Shown here: piece after piece, positions 53,846 to 64,000 of the stretch
Layout of the letters: the number at the start of each line of letters is the position of its first letter
Position numbering within the stretch: the first letter of the stretch is position 1
Assembly (NCBI GenBank): GCA_964016885.1
Contig: OZ024740.1
Span: forward strand, 300,142,001-300,206,000
DNA from: Eledone cirrhosa
Taxonomy: Eukaryota
Direction: 5' to 3'
Length of the DNA: 64,000 nt
Notes under the pieces: generated by a model
Databases searched by the model: none
What the model saw: the letters and a program-made list of their open reading frames with translations, nothing else
What the model was told of the DNA's origin: nothing
Position numbers and translations under genes: made by a program

Positions 53846-54850
53846 CAGAATGCTTGCAGATGCGTTGCTTACCCGCAGATGAAGCAGTTCGGCCTTCCTC
53901 CTTCAGTGATTAATTGGATTTTTGTCCGGTTCTGCAGGCGGGCAAAATCCGGGATGTTGTTGACGTCCTCTGGTTTCATTTGTAGAAGAATCTCCAAATC
54001 CATTCCGGACCAGTCTTCTCTCTCTGTCCCTTTGATATCTGGGAGGGTAATGTCTGTCCCCTCCTCGATTACGCCTCCCAGGAGACACCATATGTTCATT
54101 CCTCGTGGGATCCTGGGAATGCGGACATTTAATGTCTTTTTGTCCATGTGAAACGGGTGCATGATAATGCGTTCCGTTCTGCGGGGTCTCGCCGAGTACT
54201 TGATAGTAAGGGCCTCGGTTTTGGACAATACCGAGATGGTACCGAACTGCTTGGCCCTTGCTTTGTACTCGAGTCACTTCCGATACACCTCAAAGCAGCG
54301 TCGACCTCTGCTTGGCTGGCGAGTTCTACTATGCATGTCTGCACTGAAATGCATCGAATGTACAGCGTCTCCTTTGCATGGCCGGTACTTCTCCGTCCGG
54401 GATAGTCAGGTTTGCCTAGGACTTCTCTCGTTTAATTAACCTACACGCCTGGGCCAACTGTTTTTCCTTATCGCTAATATCTACATTGAAAAAGCGCTTT
54501 GTTTTCGCTGCTGCCCGTACATAGGTGGCGCCTCCATTGCTCTTGTTGTTGGTGTTATTCGTTCTTGTTTTTGTTGTTGGTGTTGTTGTTGTTGTTTTGT
54601 TTGTTGCTGTTTCCGTTGCCGCCGCCATCAGCGTTTACATTGTTTACAATGTTTACATTGAGGCTGTCGTTGTTATGGTCGTTGTTGTTCTGAGTTGTTG
54701 TTGTGTTGGCGGTGGTGGTGGCGGCGGCGGTGGCTGTGATGTTATTTTGAGATGGTATTGCTAATATCACAAAAGGTTGTGATGGTAACTTTTGTGTTTT
54801 GTTTTTGTATTCAGTGGGATGGGCGACATACCTGTCTGTAGTAGTAATAT

Positions 54851-54927
<77 letters not shown>

Positions 54928-55115
54928 AGATCTATAGTAGCTGTTTTTGAATATTTGACCTGTACGTTGTTAACTATTTCAAGGTCGAAATTGTTCATAC
55001 TTTTTTAATGTAGAAGCGATTTTTGTTTCTGAGTTTTTAAAAATAAATCTTAATATTCCAGGTTAAAGCCCGAGTATTGAGAGGTTTCCTTTACTTGGAA
55101 CCAAGGTGGGTACCT
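53845..55115 (-). mobile_element. 5' part (ORF1) of a second Tx1 family, inverted against the preceding element
   Basis: IQLITEGGRPNCFICG*ATHLQAFC knuckle at the junction; homologous to the 29.8-30.6 kb relic. Confidence 0.7.
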
Positions 55116-55215
55116 TATGCTTCGTCATCGACTAGAAAATAAAAAAAATGATACTTTAGAACAACTTAAAGTTACGAACCTTTTCCACCTCAGACTTGTA
55201 CGTCTTCACACATGT

Positions 55216-55315
<100 letters not shown>

Positions 55316-55499
55316 TATATATATATATATACGTGTATGTATGTGTATATGTGATTGCATGTGTGTCTGTGTAGAGAAACACATTTCAATGAATACGCAT
55401 ACACCAAGTCGATATTTTCTCTGCTCATGCTTAAATCTCTTTAGTTATTAATTAATTGTGAAAGAATGTGAGTGGAATAGTGTGACGAATAAGGAGATG

Positions 55500-57010
55500 A
55501 GTCTTCAAACACCCCACTGGCCTTAAATTAAGACCATTGAAGCTGGCCCACAATGTGAAGTACATAGACTGAACAGCTCTATAGACATTCTACTAAAACC
55601 ACTTCTCAAACACATACCAAGCCTTGTAAGAGACGGGCTAGACCTCTTAAACCCCCTCCTCAAACATGTCAACAACGACACTATTATTGTGTCTTTCGAT
55701 GTCGTGAACCTGTCCACGACGATCTCACACCTTTACGGACTAGAAGCAATATGATTCTGATTAGAAAATACTCCAAGGAGATACCGGAAACAATAGCAAA
55801 AAGCTTCAATGGATTAAAATTCATTTTACAAAATAATTTTTTTGATTTCGATGGCAACACTTACAAACAGATATGGGGACTGCACTTGATACAAAAGTCG
55901 CTCCAACTTATGCTAACTTAAACATGGCATACTTGGAAGTCCAGACGACATGTGGACATTTCAAATTAAATCACGGCTTGAAATTTCAAAAGTATTTGTC
56001 AGAGAATTGCATATGCTACTTGGATAACTGCCTTATTCCATGGTCTTACACACTCGACCAACTAAATAAATTTAAAAATGTAATTAACATTAACAGCACC
56101 AATAACCATATCCAATTCACAATGGAATACAATCAAGACCTCACATTTCTAAAAAAAGACACAAATATTGAAACTGACATCCACTACAAACCAACAGATT
56201 CCAAAGAAACTTGCTTTTCACCTCTAGCTATCCAAAGCACACGAACACCAACATCTCGTTTAATTTAGTAAAAGAATTTGCATATTCGTCTCCAATTATA
56301 AAACGCCGAATAAAGGACTCCAAAATTAGAGGAAATTCTGATCGATAGCCACCGTTATTAATAGATAATGGAATAGAAAAGGATAGAGCTATAGACATTG
56401 AAGAATTAAGAAAACCGAAACAAACTACTCAAGGTACATCCAATATTCTATTATATGTCTCAACACACAATCCAAGAAATACGGAAGCATACACCATTAT
56501 TCACAAGAACATCCCACTATTGAAATAAGGACGAAGTAGGAAAAAGTCACTTGACACACACAACATAAATCACTAAAAGCATTACTCACCAATGCCAAAT
56601 TACCCACCACAAACCCCAAACCGACTGTCAACAAATGTGGTCACTCTAAATGTGGAACTTGCACTCACCTCATTGAAAGCACAATGTATACATTTCAATC
56701 GGGACAAAATGTTGTTGCAAAATATCATTTCACTTGCTCATCATAACATTTAGTTCATGCCATAAAAATGTAAAGGATGTAATGAAGATTATATAGGGCA
56801 AACTGAATTCACGCTCAGAAACAGAATGACAATCCATCACCAACAATTACGAGACCCTACTACAAGACAAATACCACTCAGTGGACACGTAGACATATGT
56901 ACAAACAATAAGACACCGAAATTCCAAGTCTTCTCACTTCTATCTTTGCACTGATATTACAACAAACCAAATACGAATACATAAGGAAAATATTTTTATT
57001 CAAAAATATA
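55500..57010 (+). mobile_element. Decayed Neptune-like Penelope element (RT plus GIY-YIG)
   Basis: IVSFDVVNL, GTAL.TKVAPTYANL.MAYLE, YLDN (YLDD), IQFTME, TDIHYKPTDS, KCGHSKCGTC and CKGCNEDYIGQT..LRNRMTIH. Confidence 0.85.
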
Positions 57011-57011
57011 A

Positions 57012-57100
57012 AGTACCACTCACGCACTGGGGTCGATTTAATCGACTTTCCCATCCCCCAAAATAGCTGGCCTTGTGCCTATATAAGAAATAATTATTAT
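57012..57100 (+). mobile_element. SINE 3' fragment
   Basis: aagtacca...gcactggggtcgatttaatcgac...ctggccttgtgcctatataagaaataattatt. Confidence 0.8.
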
Positions 57101-57642
57101 CTATGTCTATAATTATGTATGGTTAGTATACATAAAACGCGGAGAATTGGCAGAGTCCATAAAAATATATCAGTCTAGTACTGGGGCTGATTCATCCTCT
57201 ATCCTCTCTACCCTTCTCTGGAAGATATTTACTGACTTCAGACCAGGATGGGCTCCATAGGTTTGAAATATCTTAGAGAAACGCCGTATATCACTATGGA
57301 GCCCCCACGACTCCATCAGGATTTCATATAATCCCATTATACATAAACCTATTGTATAAGCCTTCATATACAAGTTATGCTAGTCTGTGGTGATTTGCTC
57401 ATATACAGTGATACACAAACTATATGCCAATGAGTGTCTAAAGACGATGATTCATACCAAAAAACGTGCATACCTATAGCTTATACTGATATCAGTAACG
57501 AGTGATTAAATTATAACGATGATGAAGAAAAACCAATATGCTCATGACTGATGATGCCACACAGCTTCTGAAGAGATAGCACTGTCTTGAACACAGCTCG
57601 AAATACCTTTTTGACATACAGAATCATCTCTTGTATACCTCC

Positions 57643-57677
<35 letters not shown>

Positions 57678-57730
57678 CCTTTATTATGAATCACGGTGAG
57701 TTAGTGAAACTGCTGCTAACACACACACTT

Positions 57731-57817
<87 letters not shown>

Positions 57818-58129
57818 TGTGTGTGTGTGTGCGTATGTGTGTGCGTATGTGTCTGTTAGTGTCTGTGTGTGCACGTATGTATGTATAAACGATGAGCGTC
57901 TGCATTTTCCGTACATTACATATTTCCGTCATCAGGCATTTGACAAACGGACTATAAAATACAGGGTATTTACCCAAGTTGCCACACAATTGGGCAGAAC
58001 GCGAAACCGTATGATAACAAAGTGAATTGCCTAACAACACGCACAAATATATATATATATATATATACATACGCCTGTATAATTTTAGTTACGCCCACAC
58101 ATCTCTCTCTCTCTCTCTCACTTTCTGTT

Positions 58130-58213
<84 letters not shown>

Positions 58214-58230
58214 TATAGGAAAAGGTATGA

Positions 58231-58325
58231 CCCCGACGGGAGGGCTCAAGCCGTTTCGACGGCTATTTCTGGACTAAATTAGAATTTTTAGCCCGGTGAA
58301 TAAATAGCCGAACTTGTCAAGAGGG
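58231..58325 (-). ncRNA. Hammerhead motif (U3-A8 variant), copy in the inverted arm
   Basis: Minus strand reads ccctc-TTGACAA-G..CGGCTATTT...AAATAGCCG.C-GAAA-CGG...CCG-TC-gggg. Confidence 0.7.
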
Positions 58326-59144
58326 TACTCCCTTATATGGGAAGATTGTAGTTGTCAAGAAGATTGGTTAAAATTTGTTGTAAACAAAAATAAGTCTATC
58401 ATGGCATTTGGTGGGAGGTAGGGGTGGCCTAACTTGCCTGTAGAACAATAGGGGAGTGAGTGGAGCGGTCTAGCGTTCAAAGTGATATGTATACAGCAGA
58501 TTCTAAGGATAGTGTATGAAGTAGAGCAGGAAGGTTATAGAATAGGTAAATCGAATGAGAGTAGGAAACAATAATAGATAATAGAAAGAAATAAAAAAAT
58601 AAAAAATATATATAAAATTAGAGAGTGAGAAATGAATAAAAAAAAATCACAATGCTATCTTACAATTACAGGTTAATAAGTTCAGAATAGAAAAAAACTT
58701 GTAGAAATTGAGTAGTACCACAACTAATACAAAATTAAAGGGGTTTAACACGTCTGCTATAAGTAGTTAGTAAAATATATTCGGCCAATTCTATCTTAAA
58801 ATTACAGGGGTGGGGGAACTGATGCTACAGAGGCGCGATGGACTGCATCAGGGTAGGCGAAAGGGGAAAAGCAGACCAGGAAGAAAATAGGGGGTGGAAG
58901 GAAGTGATAGGATGAGACAGGTGGAAGAAGAAGACAAAGAAGAAAAGAAAAGAAAAGAGATATATCTACGTAAGTAAGCTGTGGTTTTCCCTAACTTATT
59001 CGGCAAGTGTGGGGGGGGGGATCATCCCTTGTCTACCCACCCACGTCGTTATGGGGTTTGAGGGCGAGTTATGTCCTACGCAATCTGTGTTTGCATTCGG
59101 TTACCAGTTCGTCTTTCTTGTTTAGAAGTTGCTCCTTCGAAAAC

Positions 59145-60093
59145 GATCTGTACTACCCATACAGGAAACCAAACGACAACCTGCACTATATCCACCGCCG
59201 TTCTACCCATCCTAGAAACATTACCAATAACATGCTTAAAAACATCTCCCTCCGCATATCTCGTTTGTCTGCTAATGAGCAGTTATTCGACGAACACGCG
59301 CCTCATTACAACCAGACCCTCAAGCGGAGTCGCTTCCGGGAGGAAATATGCTTTTATCCCGCTTCCCTTAGCGGAACCAGCAGGCGACACCGCCGCTCAC
59401 GCAACGTAACGTGGTTGAATCCTCCCCATAATGCCGAGGTGGCAACACCTATCGGGAAAATCTTCTTTAGACTCCTCGAAAAACACTTCCCACTACAACA
59501 CCGCTACCACAGCATAATCAATAAAAACACCATCAAACTCTCCTACAGCACCACACCTAACTTTGCATAAAACATCATCTCCTCAAACAACAAAAACCTC
59601 AACCCCTATGGAAGAAATTACCTAGACATCAGTGGAGAGCCGACCAGGAGGTGTAACTGTCCTGATAGATCTACGTGTCCCCCTCAACAATAAATGCCGA
59701 GAACGTAACGTGATCTACCAGTGCAACGTGAGGACGGACACCTCCAACAAAGCTTATATAGGATTAACCGCGTGTGACTTCAAGACCCGGCTCTACCAAC
59801 ACCGACATACTTTCCGAAACACTGTCCGGCGACATGCCACCACACTTTCGGGCCACATCTGGGACCTCCAAGATAATAATATAACCTACAATCTCACTTG
59901 TGGCTTACTGTCCAGAGCTAACTCTTACACGGGAGGACGCCGTCCGTGTAACTTATGCTCAGAGGAAACATTCCAAATGTTGTTTTCGAAGGACCAACTC
60001 CTAAACAAGAAAGACGAACTGGTAACCGCATGCAAACACAGATTGCGTAGGACTTACCTCGCCCTCAAACCCCATTACGACCCGGGTGGGTAG
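59145..60093 (+). pseudogene. Naiad-like ORF C-terminus (RT thumb, Cys motif, GIY-YIG) with one stop and one frameshift
   Basis: PYRKPNDNLHYIH..STHP, RNVTWLNPP, EKHFP..H, NKNTIKLSYS, CNC....CPL...C, VIYQC..YIGLT..FKTRL..H..F, CNLC.EE, LLNKKDE...CKH. Confidence 0.9.
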
Positions 60094-60774
60094 ACAAGGG
60101 CTGATACCCCCCACTTGCCGCATAAGTTAGGGGAACCCCAGATTACTTAGGTAGATGTATCTCTTTTCTTTTCTTTTCCTCTTTGTCTTCTACTTCCCCC
60201 TGTCTCATCCTATCACTTCCTTCCACCCCCTATTATCTTCCTGGTCTGCTTTTCCCCTTTCGCCTACCCCGATGCAGCCCAGTTCCCCCACCCCTGTAAT
60301 TTTAGGATAGAATTGGCCGAATACGTTTTACTAACTACTTATAGCAGACGTGTTAAATCCCTTTAATTTTGTATCAGTTCTGGTACTACTCAATTTCTAC
60401 AAGTTTTTGCTATTCTCAACTTATTAACCTGTAATTGTAAGATAGCATTGTGATTTTTTATTTATTCATTTCTCACTCTCTAATTTTATATATTTTTTAA
60501 TTTTTTATTTCTCTCTATTATCTATTATTGTTTCCTACTCTCATTCGATTTACCTATTCTATAACCTCCCTCCTCCACTTCATACACTATCTTTAGAATC
60601 TGCTGTATACATATCACTTTCAACGCTGGACCTCTCCACTCACACCCCTATTGTTCTACAGGCTAATTCAGCCACCCCTAACACCCACCAAATGCCATGA
60701 TAGACTTATTTGTGTTTACAACAAATTTTAACCAATCTTCTTGACAACTACAATCTTCCCATATAAGGAAGTCC

Positions 60775-60868
60775 CCTCTTGACAAGTTCGGCTATTTATT
60801 CACCAGGCTAAACATTCTAATTTAGTCTAGAAATAGCCGTCGAAACGGCTTGAGCTCTGCGGTCGGGG
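60775..60868 (+). ncRNA. Type I hammerhead ribozyme with U3-A8 core and 56-nt stem II
   Basis: cctc-TTGACAA(60779-85)-stem II CGGCTATTT/AAATAGCCG with inner GGCTAAA/TTTAGTC-GAAA(60842-45)-stem III ACGGC/GC(G)GT (GCCGT in sister copies)-C-gggg; GUC triplet ends at 60864. Confidence 0.75.
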
Positions 60869-60962
60869 TTATACTTTTTCCTATTTCCGACTCTACTATC
60901 ATAAGTATTGAGTACTCTTGTGCGTTATGGTCCATCTGGTTCCTTACCACAATTCCTTTGTT

Positions 60963-61001
<39 letters not shown>

Positions 61002-61009
61002 CGCATGTA

Positions 61010-61041
<32 letters not shown>

Positions 61042-64000
61042 CATACGTCATTTGTTTTATACTGAGAGAAAGAGAACAGGAAAAATCTTGACGAATGTAG
61101 ACAGAAAGAGAGATACATAAGAGTAAATAGTCTATTAAAACTAACTCGTTATTTTACCGTTGTGATTTTATGAAGCTTTTTTAATACATATTTTCTATAG
61201 GAGATTTCGTGTATTTTCCAGGGAATTGCTTAGTTTGACAGGTATTCTCTTGGTCTCTGACTAAACAGTTATTTTCTATCTATCAATCAATGTCAACAGC
61301 ATGTTTATATACTTTCCCATAAAACATACATAACTAACTTCCTTAACTAACATATTCTTATGCCTTCTTCTTCACACTACTTTATGTCTGTCTCACTCAT
61401 ATCCATGTCTCTCACTGTTTGTATCTCCTTGTCTCTCAACAGTTCCTCTTTACTTAGATTATTTTAAATATTTTACTTTATTTCAATGTTTCTTTGTTTT
61501 CTTGTTTTTTCGTCCTGTCAGTTTATTTTTCTCCTTCCATATCTTTTCATTATTCTCCACCACCGCTCTTTTTATTTTGATTTTATTTTGATAATAACTC
61601 TTATATTTGTGAAGACATGATAGTTGCCCCTAATCATATCTACAAACCTCAACTCCACCAAACCCAGCGTTCATTTTCCGGTACGACGATAAAAATCCAA
61701 AGCAATAATAAAATAAATACACCTGTCAATATGTTTACTATGGTGTCTTTATTCTGTTCCTCCGTGTATGTGATTTAATGTCTTAACAGATTTTGCGATC
61801 TAGTTCCGATTCCATTATATCAGTACTACCACCACATCACCCTCCACCACCAACAACAATAACAACAACAGCAACAACGACAAACATAGCGACAATTAAC
61901 AACACCTCCATCACAACCACCAACTCTACCATCACCACCACTACCAACTCTACCACCACTTCTACCACCATATCTACCTCCACCTCCACCTCTACCACTA
62001 CCTCTACCACCATTTTCTACCCCTAGGAATGAAATCTGGTACAATTACGTTTTTCCTCCCTATTTAAGGAGAAAAATTCCAAAGAGCAAGATGCCAGATC
62101 TCCTACAACATTATACATCCGGTGTAATTTGAACTGCAATCTCCTCAACGTGAGTGACTAATTTCAGAACGTATAATAAAAAAGGAGATGCGAATTGCTC
62201 TGGAATCAATTTCGAAGTCATTTGTACATCAAGCCTGGATATGAATCCAAACTTTATTCGAATAGACTCGGAATGTTGAGGGCAGAACTTTGACAACCAC
62301 ATAATTGCTTTCTTCCCTAAACAATAAAAAAAAACTTGTGTCAACAGGGCAATAACACCTATTTCGGAGAAAAACAAGAGAACCACCTGGAAGAGAAACA
62401 CCAGCACTAGGAAAGCAACACTTCACAACAGTTATTGTAGCACGAATAACTGCTGTAACTGTCGCTGTATCAGCAACAGAACTGCCAACAACACCAGCAG
62501 TCCATAAAAGAAGAACAGTGGCGGTAATATCAACAATAAAACAGAAGATGGAACCCTAATAGGTTGGGTAAACGTGGCTTTTGGGTTTTCCCAAATATAG
62601 CATAATATTGATCTTTTTGATAACCATTGTGGTTAACAAATAAATTATTATTATTATTATCATTGTTGTTGTTGTTGTTAAAAATAATATTGAAAAAGAA
62701 TATTTCCTTATACCTATAACCGAGTTATTTTCAATATTAGAATTTTTTTGTATTTAATTTTCTAAAACAAATGCATATGAAATAGATAAGAAAATAAGAA
62801 GAAAAGCATGTGATAATAAACGAAATACAATAAAAGAAGGAAAACACGGTTTCAATCATAAAGAGAAACAAAAAGCAGTGATGCAAAGAACAGCAGAATG
62901 GCAGACAAGCAAAGCAGATAATAAAATGACGGTAAAATGTTCCAGCATTCAACAAATTAATGCCACGAATTTCTTTTTTTTAAATTTAACGACAGAATAT
63001 CATTTAGCTCGGTCTTACATTCCGCTGTGTGTCGCACATTCTGACAGGTTCATGTAATAAATATAATCATTCAATTTTATGTTCTTTCTTGCAACCATAT
63101 TGCGATACAATTGGCGTGACACTCAATGTTTTATAATAAACAGAACGAACCAACGAGCTTAATCAAATACACACAAGTATGTACACATATTTGCTTACCT
63201 GCAAAAACACACATTGAAATATGAATATAATAGGTACACGTATCTATAATACTTACACATATGTACGTATATATCAGCATGTATTTAAAGATATATACAT
63301 GGATGCAGATACCTATATCTTGGCCGGATTATATCTCAAGTACAGCATTTTCTTCTCTTTAATTATGTCGTAAAATTTGTTTTCCCCATTTGAGCATAGT
63401 TCAGTCTCTAAGCTCTCCGCCTGTAAAATTGTAAAATTGTAACCGTTCATTTTGATCGCTCGTCAAGTTCTGATCTGTTAACATTGTAGAATCTTTGTAC
63501 GCACATATTCAAAGTAGCAGTCAATATACATTACTCAAACAAGCTTGTGTTTCAGAATTGCCTCTGTAGATAAATCTGTAACATTGGCATCCAAGTTTTA
63601 TTTCTATTTTTACACTGCACACAATCACAAGAAAATCCCACCTTGACGTATATTTTCGATTATACTTAGGCGTATTCTTGAACACAATCCGATATACAAA
63701 CATTATTACTCTCACCCTCGCCAAAAATATGAAACTTCATCGCAGTATGTTTTCCATTATTCTCAACGTATACTCCATGTATTTGCTTAAGCTCCTATAA
63801 TCACCACATCTACCACATTTCTCTCTCAAAACTAAATAATCAATACCCAAAACACGTATTGGTGTATCTCATGTTGTAAATGAGAAATTATTCGGCTGCT
63901 GCAGGTTCTCGTTTCTAAGCTTAAAATGACAATGAAAAGAATATGAAAGAAACTGCTTTTCATAAAATCGTGTCTCGAATCCAAGTAGAATATATGTAAA

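Larger units (their letters stand above)
58215..60963 (+). mobile_element. 5'-truncated Naiad-like Penelope element with a ~0.9-kb inverted terminal duplication
   Basis: 58215-59144 is the reverse complement of 59982-60884; the unique spacer encodes the PLE thumb and endonuclease; tail 60885-60963; (TA)n on the left, (CA)n/(TA)n on the right. Confidence 0.92.

Noticed and set aside
57545-57620. CTGATGA/CTGAAGA...GAAA hammerhead candidate
   Set aside because: Stem II is partly plausible, but there is no stem III/NUH or stem I.
59632-60093. Selenocysteine recoding, reported for some Naiad PLEs
   Set aside because: The conserved Cys positions I could read use TGT/TGC here, and no in-frame TGA was seen at those positions in the 38-kb copy. 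The internal stop at 59568 is TAA, and no convincing SECIS was seen.

Overview
AT-rich, microsatellite-dense animal DNA with no confidently identifiable host protein-coding exon. The repeat repertoire suggests an octopus or another coleoid cephalopod (inference). The window is almost entirely retroelements that sort by target microsatellite. (TAA)n tracts hold a tandem array of four R4/Dong-like RLE LINEs (42.4-49.1 kb, one nearly intact), Tx1/L1-clade LINE remnants and a tRNA-derived SINE. (TA)n/(CA)n tracts hold Penelope-like elements (PLEs; Naiad- and Neptune-like) and solo pLTR-like fragments. The most notable signal is a set of type I hammerhead ribozyme (HHR) motifs in the PLE-derived pieces, including two unrelated ones with the compensatory U3-A8 core (UUGANAA instead of CUGANGA). 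One of these belongs to a Naiad-like family present as three fold-back insertions of about 190 bp, 200 bp and 2.75 kb. In all three the inverted arm stops at the same point, about 20 nt past the predicted cleavage site, leaving an unpaired 79-nt tail. All folds and alignments were done by eye. There is a 200-N assembly gap at 25509-25708.
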